From positions 44,479,131-44,543,130 of the forward strand of contig NC_083416.1 of NCBI RefSeq assembly GCF_020745735.1: a stretch of DNA of 64,000 bases, in the 5' to 3' direction. The position numbers and the translations under genes were made by a program. The stretch comes from Hemiscyllium ocellatum (taxonomy: Eukaryota). The notes under the pieces were generated by a model that did not search any database, was not told the DNA's origin, and saw only the letters and a list, made by a program, of their open reading frames with translations. Positions 48,021 to 61,364 of this stretch are shown here, in pieces; the stretch's first letter is position 1; every line of letters begins with the position of its first letter.

Positions 48021-48504
48021 CAAATTGATGTAATTCTAATAAGTCTGAGCAAAAACAAGGGTTGTGGTCCGCTATCAATAATGTGTCTCAATTTAGAGGC
48101 GCATTTTATCATGTCCAAGAAAATGTGTATTTATGCAGTTGGCTATGACCACGCCCAATTCAATTTCTCTCCATTCTGATTCTATTTTGCCCCAAAACAG
48201 ACAACTTCCACACAAAGCACAAGCAAATATTTTAAAATGAAACTAGGTGACTTACTGGTGTCGGTCAACAGAGCACAGGTATTATGAATGTGGCCAACAA
48301 AAGGATATTACATCACCAAGTATCTGTGTTACTGAATAAAACACATTGTTTTGATAAAACATCATGTATATAGCTTGAATAGCTCATCTGTGGCATTGTA
48401 GTCATACACTCTGTGATTGATGGTATCCATGGATCAATAAACCTATTACCATTTCAGTTGGAAATCATTTTAAGGTCACAAGTTGAAAGAAATTCAATTA
48501 GGAA

Positions 48505-48840
48505 ACAAAGAACTGTCAATGTTGGAAATCTGAAACTAAAGCAGAAATAGCTGAAGAAACTCAGCAGACCTGGCAGCATCTGTGGAGAGAAAGCAGAATC
48601 AAAATTTTGCCTCCAGCGACCTTTCTTCAGGATTGATTGTGGCTATTCCTTATTTGCCACATTGCTGTTTTCTGTCTCACTCTTGATGTCTCTCTCGCTC
48701 CATCTTCACCAATCGTATAATCCTTTCCCTGTCCCTTATCTTCAACATATATACCAACCCTTTCCTAGCTACAATCATTCCTGAAGAAGGCTCACTGGAA
48801 CCAAAACATCAACTATGCTTCCTTCCCACGGATGCCGCAT
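48505..48840. mobile_element. Older Penelope remnant: inverted pLTR, 3' UTR and direct pLTR
   Basis: Minus-strand pLTR 48505-48632, pyrimidine-rich UTR, then CTGAAGAAGGCTCACTGGAACCAAAACATCAAC at 48781. Confidence 0.65.
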
Positions 48841-49594
48841 CAGAATCTACCTTTTATGTTGCAGCTCTAGAATATAAAGTAACGTACATGGAAGAAAATT
48901 TTCAAATTCCAATTTATGTAGAGGCCTATTTAGGAGCCAATTCAATGAAAAGACATTCTCCCTTCTAAAATCAGATCAGAAATACAACCTCTTTAAAATT
49001 ATTACTGATTATTATATTGTGTATGCAGTTGCCTTTTAAGCATTTAACTATTTGTAACATAAGAATGATGAAAACTGCACGAAGTAATCAAGGTCAGTAT
49101 TTTGGCAATATAATGAAAGTCTAAATCTAATCAGGATAATCTCTGGGCAACAAGTTCTTTCAACTAAACTTTAAATCTAGCTCTATGTTTATCTACCTAA
49201 AATCAATGGAATGGCCTTTTTTTTGACACTTGTGGCTACTAGATACTGCGTGAAATTGTTGAAATATTTTCTAGAGACAAATATGAATTTAAACTTGAAA
49301 AAGACAATATAATCATATCATTGGTACATATAGGCAAATCTAAATGTCATAAAATACTGAATAGGAACGGAGTCAGATTTATCAAATAAAACACATGAAA
49401 AATATCCAGCTAAAAGTACGTGAGGAGTAAGTATTAATATTGTAAAACTGAAACCCTCAACTGAGGAATTTGGTTGAGCAGATCTCATCTGTCATCTTGC
49501 TTCTTAGTTTTGTAAATATCATTCCTGAGGGGTAGTTTCAGCTAAACTTGTATGGTGGGAATTGATAGGTTGATATTCGTTTCCTGTTCTACAG

Positions 49595-49671
49595 AGTGTC
49601 CGATCTGACTTTCAGTTGAAGATGGATTGTTCACTGATTCAATCCTGTTAGTCTTCCATCAAGTGAGTTAG
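49595..49671 (+). other. Candidate non-coding exon
   Basis: Acceptor TTCGTTTCCTGTTCTACAG| and donor TAG|GTAAGT; all three frames contain stops. Confidence 0.3.
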
Positions 49672-50189
49672 GTAAGTATTACAAAAGTAAAAACTTGAAA
49701 TGCAGGAGATGCTCAACAGGTTTAGAAGCTTTGTTGGAGACAGAACAGAACTAAAGGTCACCACCCTAAAATATGAATTTGGTGTCTGTATAAACTATGA
49801 GATGGTCAGCAATGAGTTACAAATATGTATGTCATTAGTGCTTTTGTATTTTCAGTACACCATGTCTTCTGTTACCTGAGGCTGGGATAGTTGACTGTCA
49901 CCAATACTCCTTTCCATTCTTTTAAATAAACTTTTAGCACGTTAGATAGACCCTGATGGCAAACAGGAACAAAACTTTAAAAAATCAAATGGTCAATGGA
50001 AACTTAACAGAATTATTATGAAAATTGGTCAAAATTAAGTTATACACCTTAATTGAGAGTGATTGTGCACTCCAACCGGACAGGCAATCCTCTTTTCTGA
50101 GGACCTATATAAGCCCCTATCTAATTATTAAGGGTAGAGGATACACCACTATAGAGACACGAAGAGGCTGTTTTCATACAACAACAGGT

Positions 50190-50500
50190 GACTGGTAGTA
50201 CAGAATTTAAGAGTTTCTGAAAAAAGACACATTTTGTTGAAGCTTTTGGTCTTGCATGCATCAGGACATTCAGAGTAAAAGAGAGATACAATTTGTACTC
50301 TTTGAGCAGAATGTGCTGATTAGTTGGCAAGTAAGCAGATTAGTAGAGGCATTGTCATAGAGAACACACCAGTTAGATGATGACTGATAGTTAACTGCCA
50401 AACTTTGTTTAAATTTGACTTCTACTGGTGAAAGCATTACCCCAGAGAATGGATGTCACCTATTTTGTTAACTAGAAACAACCAGGATTTGTGTATGTTT
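50190..50500 (-). mobile_element. Penelope-like 3' end, second family, decayed hammerhead
   Basis: Minus strand TGTCCTGATGCATGCAAGACCAAAAGCTTCAACA at about 50268-50235; homologous to 16990-17130. Confidence 0.55.
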
Positions 50501-50529
50501 GTTTGATCTACTCCTTACTAATTTAAAGA

Positions 50530-52393
50530 ACTGATTCCTCAGAAGCTGAATCAAAATGAATACTTTAGTATTACTGTTTGAAAACTGAAATATCAAATAA
50601 TGGAGACAACCTCAAATGTCAATGGATTGGAATAGCAGTAATTCATTTAGTTGCTGAGGAGTGTTAGTAATGTTAACTGTTTCTGGGGAGCCATTACAAG
50701 CAAAGTTCATTGGACCTTATCAAATCGATAAAAAACTCAATGATCTGAATTATGTAATCAGGAGGAAAAGAAAATCAATAAATGTATGTTCAGATGTTAA
50801 AGTGATACTTTGGCAGGGAGGATAGTCAAGTGAGAAGTATATTTATAGTGGTGAAATAAATAGGAAGTAAAACTAATATATCAGAAGGATCTGAAAACAA
50901 ATTAGATTGGATAATACTAAGGTGCTTGAAAAGTTACATGACATATTTCACTATCCCCCCAAAAAAACTATTGATGTGACTTTAAAAAACTATTACAGAC
51001 TCATAAATTTAGTGGAAATAGAACAGAGAAAATGTCTTTGTCTATACATGATGTTAATGTTGAGGATGAATTCCTAATAAAACAACATCCTTACAGATTC
51101 TGGCCAGAGATATTAAGTGAAGTGAGAGAAGCTCTTACGTTTATGATGGCCAATAACATTATTGAATTAGGCATAGTAGCTGAAATTTACCTAATGTGAT
51201 GGTGCCAAATCAAGTTGGATCACGGCGATTGCGTTTAGGTTATTGCAAAGTTAACGTGGGAACAAAGCTGAAGTCATATCTGATGCCATGATTGTGAGAA
51301 TTGGACAAGCACAATTTGTTTAAAAAATCAACTTGTTAAAAGATGTCGGCAAATTCTACTGACCAATGCTGTCAAAGAAATATCAGCTTTTGTGCTTTTG
51401 GATGGACTTTCTCAAGGTAAATCGTACCATTTAGAATGAAAAAATGAACTAGCAATATTTTCAAAGATTAATCAATTAAATCATCAAAGGATTATGCAAC
51501 TAAGTTTTTTATAAATGATAACGTCGTTGTGTTCAGCCAAATCTCAGAGGAATATTTACAACACTGGACAGATTTTAATGATCTGTTACAATGAGCTAAT
51601 TCAGTAATGAATTTGATCAGAAGTGAATTTACCAAAGAAAAAGATACTTATTTGGGCCACACTTGTTGGGTTAATGCCAAGTATTCTCTGGAGAAGCAAA
51701 AAAAACTGCAGCTACCTTGGAATTTCTCATGCTTAAGACAAAACATGATATTTTGCTGTATTTCAGCATGAATAGGTTTTATCAGAAGTTTGGTTTGAAT
51801 TTCAGCATTTAGGAAATTTTGGTTAAAAAGACCAAAAGATTTTTTGAGGGAACAATGTCCGTACCTTAGACAATTTGAAAGCTTTACACAGCTACTGCAG
51901 CTACAAATTATGTTCAGCTATTCAAACTGGCTGTTGATGCCACTGATGTCAGTGCGACAGTGTTAATACAGGAGGATGATATAGGGATTTAACAAACAGT
52001 TAGTTCAAGCTAAACTGGTGCCAGCAGAAATTTCTCTTTTTCCACATTTAGATTTTGACTTTGGAATAGCTCTAGAAAATTTTTATATCTGCACTTTTAA
52101 TAACTGTAGAGATTGTTATTTGCATGAAACATAACTTTTTGACATTTCCATCAAAATTTCACACCAAGAATTTGAGACTGTTGTGTTGGAGTTTATTACT
52201 ATAACCATAAAATTGGAAAATCATTCATGTAGCTACAAGAGATAAAATAGTAGATGCAAATATGGAGAAAAACAAATGTTGTGATCAAAATCTGTAGAGT
52301 ATGATTGATACAGAAGTTTAATGTGAATATTATTACTGTCAAAATTAAATTTATGTAAATTGGGTAAATATGGTGATGAGAGGAAATTGCAGT
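50530..52393 (+). mobile_element. Decayed Gmr1-like Gypsy pol (INT C-terminus, RT, RNase H)
   Basis: VLVMLTVSGEPLQAKFIGPYQIDKKLNDLNYVI (50661-50760), IKQHPYR (about 51077), RT motifs, FKLAVDATD (about 51920), IIHVATRDKIVDA (about 52220). Confidence 0.85.
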
Positions 52394-52719
52394 AGCAAAA
52401 TTTTTAAAAATGTATTTTTATTGAAAAATATTTTTTTTAATATTATAACAAATAAAACAGTACAAAATATACCCAAAAAGTAAAAATCCCAAACCTCATG
52501 TACAAATGTATAAATATGTATTAAAAAAAGAAAAAAAAAACTGACTACCTAACTAAATAAATTATAACTAACAGCAAACTAACAAATAATAATAATACAG
52601 CTTAGCAAAGCAAAACACTAACTCTTGAATATCGAGAGCGTTAACTTTCACCTATTCATATGTTCGCAGTTCCCCCTCTTTTGATATTGGACTCGTAAAG
52701 CACAATCGTTACACTATAT

Positions 52720-54530
52720 AAAATCCCTTATTAGTGCAGCAGACAAATCTGTGTCCAGGTATTCCAAAAAGGGCCGCCATGTCTTAGTGGTGTACAATAC
52801 TTGGAAGAAAATCTAAGGGGATATGCTTCATCACAATCTTACACCAACCCGCGAGCCCGGGGGATTTTCGGACACCCAATCTAACAAGGTATTCTTTCTT
52901 ATGCAGAAAGTTTAGATGTTGAAAGTTTTTTTATGCGCATCTACAGGAACATACTGGGCAGGCCAAGAAGAGAGATCGGGACCTTCTCCATCCTTACACC
53001 CAAAATTCCGCCCCCCACTGCACCTGCCACAGCGCTCCAGTATGTTTGAAGCCTACCACATGACCAGAGACAATGGGTAAGAGTGCCCGTACCAACTTTA
53101 CACTTGGGGCATCTTGAAGATGCCCCGGTTTAAATTTTGTCAATCGATCCAGAGCCAAGTGGACCCTGTGGAGAATCTTCAACTGTAAAGCATCTGGCCT
53201 ATTGCAAATTGATATATTTCTTGCATTTTCCCAAATATCCTCCCATGCATCTGAAGAGACCTCAATGCCTAGGTCTCTCTCCCACACCCTGCAAAGCCGA
53301 TTGAACTCATCTGAGGAGCCACCCTCCAATTGATGCCATAAAGTGCTGACAGAAAATGTACTCTTAGCACTAAGCACCCAGGTCCTTCCCTAATCAACGT
53401 AATGGCTCAAGGGGCACTCCTTTTCCTGGCAAGATGTGCTCAATACTTGCCCAGTTTGTCACCATGCTCACATAACCTTTGTTTTCCTTCTTTGCAGTCT
53501 GCATGAACACAGTATTCAAGGCAGAGAGCAGCACCATAAACTTCTTTAGCTTGGCCAACAAGGGACTGTCAAAATCAGCTTTTTTGGCTGCCTTCAACCA
53601 TGCTTCGTGGAGACGCTGCTTGCCCTTCTGCCTCCTACTGGCAGAGTAGGAAATAATTAACCCCGGCATAGGCTTTGGTAGTTTCCCAAAGGATGGATAT
53701 GCTACCAACCGAGTCTGAATTAATGTCTAGGCACGCCCTAAATTCCTTAGAGAAGTGCTTCACAAACTTATTTTCCTAAAGGATAAAGGGATCCATTAAA
53801 CAGTGCCTAGGGCCCACTACGGCATCTTTAATCAAAACCAACAGGTACACTGGAGCATGATCGGAGAAGGTAATTTTACCAATCGTACAAAATGGCACCA
53901 CGTCCAGGGTTGCCACAGAGATCAGAACAAAATCAGTCCTGGTGTGACATCTATGTGGATTGAAAAAAATCCCTGTCCGTAGGTTGGAGATGCCTTCAGA
54001 TGTCCACCAACCCTAACTCCACACACAGATCCACTAATTGTTTAGTTTGTACAGAGGGTATCAGGGGGCCTTTGGGCAACCTGTCTACTGTGGGATCCAA
54101 AAGGCAATTAAAATCTCCCCTATAATGATATGCTGGGACTCGAGATTGAGAATGCATTTGCCAGAAATTGGAGAGGATGGGCCGGAAGGCGATAAACATT
54201 TAAAACACCGTATTCTTCTCTGTTTATCAGGGCTTTGAGGATTACAAACCTCCCATGTGTGTCTTTAACACACTCTAGTAACTTAACTGGGAGATTCCTC
54301 CTAACCAATATAGCCACTCCCCTACTTCTGGTATTAAAAGAGGAAAAGTAAACTCAATCAAAGCCATTCTGCTATAGTTTCAAATGCTCCCTATCATCCA
54401 AGTGTGTCTCCCGTAATAAAGCAAGATCCACCTTTTCCTTTCTAAGACTCGAGAGTACCTTTTTTCCTCTTAATTGGTGAGTGACTCCCCTTGATGTTCC
54501 ATATATATATTTAGTCAAGTCATTAGCTAT
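52720..54530 (-). pseudogene. L1 ORF2 remnant: endonuclease and linker fused to the C-terminal domain
   Basis: WNIKGSHSPIKR...ETHL, GRFVILK, GDFNCLLD; junction near 53380 to WERDLGIE...LQLKILHRVHL. Confidence 0.85.
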
Positions 54531-55200
54531 AACCTTCTGCAGTAGCATTTAAATTCCAGAGAGTAGGAGCTCTAATTACAAATCATCAAGCCTTAGTGTC
54601 GCAAGATTCATCGAACATAAAAACTACATAAACTAAAACCACTACAGTTAACGAATCTACAAAACTTGTATACAATAAAAACCAAAAAACAAACCAACAT
54701 ATAAAGCACCAATGGTGCTGAATAGGGGAACTCACCCCCTGCCCAAACGGGGCACCTAGACATCCCAAAGCCCAACTTCCCAACCCGCTGTCAATACTGC
54801 AGTCAGGACATTTAAATACCTGAACCGGGTATAAACTGCCTGTAAGTAGGCATCTAGCCATCCCAACCATTTTCCCTCCTCCTAGCTAGAGCTGCACCAC
54901 AAACACAAGCAGAAAAGAAAGAAAATACACCATGAAATAACAATGCGAATAAAGAAATTTTGAAAAAAAGCTAAGTACCCCACCCATCCTTTGGCATTAC
55001 AACTTAGAAATTGAAAGTACACATTCCAACCCTCCCCGAGCATAGATTAGACCAGATTATTAAAAAAAAGGAAAAGAAAGCCCTGACCGGACCTACTGTT
55101 TTCCTTTCAAGAGAAACAAAGATGTACCCAAACAACACTACTATTTGTACATACTAAATTGTTCAGATTAAGTTAATTTGTGCGCAAAGTGTCTTGCTTT

Positions 55201-55971
55201 TTACGACATGTCAAAGAGATGTACAGATCTATCTAAGGAGCTCTGAAGCACCAGATACATCAGCGAGTACTGGATCCCGAGCTCCCTCAGTCTTCTCTTG
55301 ATGCCATCATTGGATTTTCTTTTCCGGATCACTGCCGCTGTGAAGTCCTGGAAGATAATGATCTTGGAGCCCTTATAAACTAGGGCCTTCAGATTCTTCC
55401 CCTGGATTCTGGAAGCCTCAATGATCCTCTCCTTATCGCTATAGTGATGAAACTGTACCAAGATAGAATGAGGACACTGATCCAGACCTAATCTCCCTGC
55501 CGTAACCCAGTGAGCCCTCTCAATCTTCAAGCCTCTCACTCCAGCCTCCAAGTTAAAAATTTTGGCAACCAGTCCTCAATAAATTCCACCGGCCGCTCAC
55601 TGTCCTTACCCTCCAGCAGACCGACAATCTGGATGTTTTTCCTCCTGCCCCTGTTCTCGAGTCATCAACCTGGTCAAGCAAATTACGGACCTGCATCTCC
55701 AGGGCCTAGAAACTATCCTTGGAGGATAGGAGCTTCCACCATTTTGACTGTGTTCTACCTCATCCGTCATTTTCTCCAGGTCTCCCAGCTGCTGTTCATG
55801 CTTCTGCAGCACGATAGAGATCAGGGCCAGCTTCTCCTCTATCTGCTTGCCCAACATCTCGCAAGAATTCGCAAGCTCCGTCATCAGGACCCAGTAAGAA
55901 ATTGAGGCTAAGGATCCTGCAAATTGGGCCTTGGGCCCAGCCTCAGACATACCTCCTCCCTTTTTCGGCAT
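55201..55971 (-). pseudogene. L1 ORF1 (frameshifted)
   Basis: Coiled coil LQKHEQQLGDLEK, then IERAHW and FQDFTAAVIRKRKS...LRELGIQYSLMY. Confidence 0.85.
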
Positions 55972-56217
55972 CCCTGAATGACAAAAACCGAGGAAAGTTG
56001 CTCTCTGACAGTTTCCTGGGACTCCACGGCCTTTTCAGAGTCTCAGAGTAGGACGGGTTAGGACTTGATCCCGCTTGCGATGTGGTGCAGAGCTCTGCAA
56101 AGTGACCTTCCTAGATCGCCGTCATCTTCGATTCACCCCACCCACCCCCACACACACACCACAGCAAAATTTGAATGCTCTTTAGAGATACCTTTTCAGC
56201 TTTTTCCAGTGGGGAAA

Positions 56218-57138
56218 TGTGATGAAGGTACGCAGTGTTATTTTTATTTGGCAGCTTGGGTTTAAAGTGGACAGAGCCATGTACAGCTTTAGGTTTGTTT
56301 TGTGTTTCTGTGTTGTGTATGTTCAGAAGGGAAGGGCATAACTTTAGTTTCATTTTAGATCATTTCTGTGAATGGCACTGGGTTGTTTGGAGTTTCATTA
56401 CGTGCAATTACATGAGGTCTTTAAACACTTCATCTGAATGGTTCAGTACTTTAGAAAACAAGAATAGAAGACAGAAAAGCATTAGACTGTGAGACAGGGA
56501 CAGAAACCTGCTACTTTGGAAAGAGGGCAGAACTGTCCAGAACGTCAGTGAGAGTGCAGGTTTCTTTCAGCGAGAGAAGTCAGCAGGAAAAAGCCATGTA
56601 AGTGCAGCAATGCAGTTCAACAGTCACCAAAACAGTAAATGCAGAAAAGATGAAATCCTGAGTGGCTTCAAATTAGGAGGAAAAAAGGTTCGAGAAACAG
56701 AAAGCTTTCGAGGTGTCAGAAGTTAATGAACCCTTGTAAAGAAATAAAAGAGTGTTAAATAAAAGAAAATTGAGTGAAAGTAGAAATTTGCTGAGAAGAA
56801 AATGATGACTGCCACACCAACTAAACAAGGAACTTTAAAGTGGAAACCAGCTGACCCTTCACGGAAGTTGAAGAATCTGTAAGGTTGTTACTGAGGGAAA
56901 ATTGAATCTTTATAACTGATATTTGTAAGAAAACCATTTCAACTAGTGTATAGAGTGTAATATAATTTGTTTTCTTTAGCTTTTGTAATAAATTAATGAA
57001 TTTTTGTGTTCTTTGAATATGTTCAGTGACTGACCACAATGGTAAACAAATTGCAAAAATAAAGCTTGTGGTCCGTCAAGCCAGGTTTCACTCTGGGATC
57101 TGACTTGTCCAGCATTACCATCAGCTGGAATCATAACA
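56218..57138 (+). mobile_element. 3' LTR of the Gmr1-like element
   Basis: Purine tract GGGGAAA, then TGTGATGA...TCATAACA termini; AATAAA near 57058. Confidence 0.75.
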
Positions 57139-57259
57139 GTTACATCAACCAATTTATTTTCTATTCAACATGTTGCAAGATTTTTAACATGAAAATCCTC
57201 TCTGTGATTGCACATTTTCTTATCCAATATTTTTATAATCCAATCAAAACTTATTTTAA

Positions 57260-57720
57260 AATTCTTCCACAGGATGTAGGCATTGCTGACAATGCCAGCA
57301 TTTAATGCCCACATGCTCTTGAGAAGATGGAATGAGCTTCTTTTTTGAACTGCTGCAAACCATGTGGCATAGGTACATCCACAGTACTGTTGAGATGTGT
57401 ATCCAAGCTTTTGATCCAAGGAATGGTGACATCAGCCTGGTAAGTGGCTTGGAGATGAACATGTAAATGTGGTGTTCCCATGCACCTGCTGCCTTGCTGT
57501 GACTAGTTCTAGAACACAGGTCATCAATACCAATTCAGGTATGTTGTCAGGTGTCCACTGCCATTGTCTGTTTTTTCATATTTCCTGCAGTTAATCAAAT
57601 TGGTTGAAGACTAGCATCTGTGATGCAATTAAACTCCAGTAAATACAGAGATAAATTATCCACTGGGTATTTCTTGCTGAAGGTGATTGCAGATGCTTCA
57701 GACCTGTCTTTTCTGCATAG
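57260..57720 (-). mobile_element. LINE-B 3' fragment
   Basis: Homologous to the start of the 2640 and 17925 copies. Confidence 0.7.
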
Positions 57721-57924
57721 ATTCTAACAAAAGATTATGTTTCTTTACTCTCTGCGAGTGCTGTAGGAAATTCTGTTCATTGTTGTGATTCATTGGGATA
57801 GCACACTGGAAATCAAGCTCTGCTTCTCTCAGTTATCACTAAAGTTAAATATTTTATGATATATGTGAAGATCTACAATTAACCTCACTTTCAGACTCAG
57901 GATGATATAAAGCATAGTTTGAAC

Positions 57925-58200
57925 AGCATGGTTCTAGTGATAACAACTTCTTTTCTGAGTCAGAAGCATTTGGGTTCAAGTCTTGCTCCAGAGCTTGAGC
58001 AAATAGTTTAGGGCACTAAAGTGAGTTTCATCTATCAATGGAAACATGAAAATCAAAGCTTTGTTTCCCTGTTTAGGGAGATGTTAAAGACTCCAGTGTA
58101 CTGTATCTGGAGCACATAGTTTGCTTATTCTATGGGCAATATTGCTCTCTCAGCTAATATAAGAATGTTAATTGGCCTTTAACCCAGATGTTACTTGTTT
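57925..58200 (+). mobile_element. Decayed SacSINE1-like SINE
   Basis: TCTGAGTCAGAAGCATTTGGGTTCAAGTCTTGCTCCAGAGCTTGAGC matches the head of 45410. Confidence 0.55.
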
Positions 58201-58514
58201 GCAAGGCTTCCTTTTTTATGCAGTAACAGTGACCAAATTGATTGTCATGAACTAAGAAGGCGAAAATACTCAGCAAGACAGGCAGCATCTGTGGAGAGAG
58301 AGAGAGACAGAAACAGATAGTACCAAGTATATCAAGTAAATACTTGGCGCTATACACAGGTATAGCAACCAAACCCAAATTGGCATTACCATCACTGGTT
58401 TGCAACATTCAGTTGCCCTCAAAATTGCACAATTGTTCCTAACCATGCCTTACAAACAACAGTTCTTGGACACCATGTTTGCAACTTAAGCAAAATTAGC
58501 AATTTATTGTTAAG

Positions 58515-59010
58515 AACTTGAAAGTGTTCAGAAAAGGTTTACAATGATGTTGCCAGGGTAGGAGGATTTGAGCTGTGGGAGAGGCTGAATATGTTGGGGC
58601 TGTTTTCCATGGAGCTTCGGAAGCTGAGAGGTGACCTCATAGAGGTTTATAAAGTCATGAGGGACATGGATAGGATAAACATACAAAATCTTTTCCCTGG
58701 GATGGGCGAATCCAGAACAAGAGGATGTAAGTTTAAGGTGAGAGGGAAAAGATATAAAAGGGACTTAAAGGGCAGCTTTTTGATGCAGAGGGTGGTGAAT
58801 GTATGGAATGAGCTGCCAGAAGAAGTGGTGGAGGCTGGAGTAATTGCAACATTTAAATGGCATCTGGATGAGTATATGAAATAGGAAGGGTTTAGAAGGG
58901 TATGGACCAAATGCTGGCAAATGGGACTAAATTAGGTGGGATATCTAGTTGGCATGAACAAGTTGGACTGAAGGGTCTCTTTCCATGCTGTATATCTCTA
59001 TGACTCTTAT
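58515..59010 (+). mobile_element. CR1 3' fragment
   Basis: ORF 58591-58884 (LRGDLIEVYKVM...WNELPEEVVEA); CTATGACTCT tail. Confidence 0.95.
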
Positions 59011-59749
59011 AATTAACTTTATCAAAACATATCTGTTAATGAGATTGCCTTGTAGTTTATCTATGATTTAAGATTATTCTTCTTTGATCATAATCCTCCA
59101 CTCTCACATTGATTTGACAGAAAGACACAGTTAAGGGATAAATATTTTTTAAAAAAGGAAATTAAAAAATTGCAATTTGTCAGTTTGATAACTGATTTAG
59201 TCAAGAATGCATGGCTTTCATGAAACGCTTGGATGCTGGATTGTATTACAGGCACATGGGCTCTGTATCTTGTTTGAATTCGAAAGGCACTAGTAAATAC
59301 CAACAGTTTCTGCAGATCTCTGGAGACTTTAATTCATTTCTTATTGACTGGGATTGTTTTCTCACAACTTTCAAACAGTCAATAACTGGAAAATGACTAG
59401 AGAGGGAAAAAAACAAACAAACAGCCCTAAGTCTGGAAGCTTCCAAAACAAAACTGCCTCCTGCCCAAAACCCTGTCAGTACCAGGTCACTCTGATTTCT
59501 TTTTTCGCAACATTGACTGTGGTTGGCTGGTCAGCACTGGTCCATCCCTTGATTGTCCAATTCAACATTCAGCTACCAGTCCCTGAGCTCAGCAATAACT
59601 TTGTGCTGAAATGTCTACAATGTCCTTAGCGTAGTAATTAACCTGCATTGTCTTTCCAGTCCAGTTCCCAACAACAACATCTGTCTTTTGTTCTCTCTTT
59701 TTAAAAGAAGCAGCTGTTCAAAAGTTCAATTCTACATTGCAATTTAGAA

Positions 59750-60090
59750 CTTACAATCTCTATAGTTTGGAAATAGGCCATTCAGCCCAACAAGTCCACA
59801 CTGACCCTCTGAAGAGTAACATGTCCAGACCTATTCCCCTACCATATTAGTCTACTTGTACCCCTCATTAGTGCACCTAACCTACACTTCCCTGAACACT
59901 ATTGGCAGTTTAGCATGGTCAATTCCCCTAACCTGCATGTTTTAGGATTGTGGGAGGAAACTGGAGCACCTGGACAAATCCCACGCAGATATGGAGAGAA
60001 TATGCAAATTTCACACAGTCACCTGTGGCTGGAATCGAACCTGAGTCCCTGATGCTGTGAGGCAGGTAACCACTGAGCCATTGTGCCACC
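59750..60090 (-). mobile_element. HE1-like V-SINE
   Basis: Reverse complement has A box TGGCTCAGTGG, B box GGTTCGATTCC and the V-domain. Confidence 0.88.
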
Positions 60091-61364
60091 CTCTCAGGAA
60101 CCCTCAGTTATGAACCAAAAATGAGAAAGGTAAAAGAAAAATAGTGATGGTCTCAAAATACCTGTTTCTTTCTCCACAGATGTTGACCATGTCACTGAGT
60201 ATTTCCTGCATTTTCTGATTTTATTTCAGATTTCTGGCATCTAAGAACCTTCCTTTTGTGCTGTTGTAATTTGTATGTTTGCTATTTCAGAGAGAATGGA
60301 GTTGTAATAAGATGCTCTATTTACACGTGGTTACAGAAGTCTTCCTATCCCTTTGTTTACATGACAACTTTGCAATCACTGATTCATTACAATAAAATAG
60401 CTCTGTACAGACTTTAGGCTGTATTTGCTGTAGTTACATTTTAAAAATGGATTTATTGTTTCCTCCAAAATAATTTTGACCACGTGGATGGACGTACATT
60501 GATATTTTACGAAAATTTACAAAGAGGAAACATGACATCCTGACATAATTTCAATAGAAAAGCTTTTCCATTTCTTGTCAAAAATTTCATTTTTCATCTC
60601 TGACTACTCCAATAAGATTTTCAGCAATGTGTCTCACTAGTTCTAACCAACACTAAGACAATATATTACTAATTATTTTGCTAATATGACAGAATCAAAG
60701 AACAAAAATGTTAGAGTGCAGAAGGAGATCATTTTGCCTATCATGTCTGTGCCAAATGAGCATCTTTTCTGCCAATTTCCTGTTTTTTCTCAATGGAATG
60801 TTTGGAGTCAAGGAAGAGAATTTCAAAATCCACACCAGGAGCTAAACAGGTCACTGAGCATAGAGTTTGAAGGGGAATAGGACTCAGTGCAAGTTAGGAC
60901 ACAGGCAGGTGAGCTTATGGTTATGTTCAAGTTTATGTGTCTTATATCTATAAATAGATGCACTTTTAATCCTCACCTATCATTTTGACTATTATCTTAG
61001 TTGTAGTGTGGGTTAATTGGATACTATGTCAGAGCTAAGCAGCCTCTTAATAAATTAGGGTAAAAGTTATAATGACAAGGTATTGCTTCTGAGAAATATC
61101 CTGGATAGCTACAGATTCCACACTTACGTTCATGACTGCAGCCAAGACTTAACACTTTGGTGAGGAGATTATTGATGCAAATACAATGAAAATGCCTTGT
61201 GCTAGATCCTTGCTTCAATTCATTCCATGCTTCTGAGCGCTTTGGGAATGTGAGTAAGTGACCATTCATGGCAGCACACTTCTCTGGGTTGCAAAAGTTC
61301 ATTTCTACCTCCGTGTCTGCGTAAAGTCACAGATATTGATGCTGATGGTTTGGAGAAGTTTGTT

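Larger units (their letters stand above)
52404..56162 (-). mobile_element. 5'-complete L1 element with internal deletion of the RT domain; 10-bp TSD
   Basis: TSD AGCAAAATTT at 52394-52403 and 56163-56172. Order is ORF1, spacer, EN, linker, then directly the cysteine-rich C-terminus; AATAAA near 52420. Confidence 0.9.

Noticed and set aside
1578-48840. Recurring repeat with a hairpin, considered as a CRISPR-like array
   Set aside because: Copies are dispersed, in both orientations, have no regular spacers and are linked to a Penelope GIY-YIG ORF; the context is eukaryotic.
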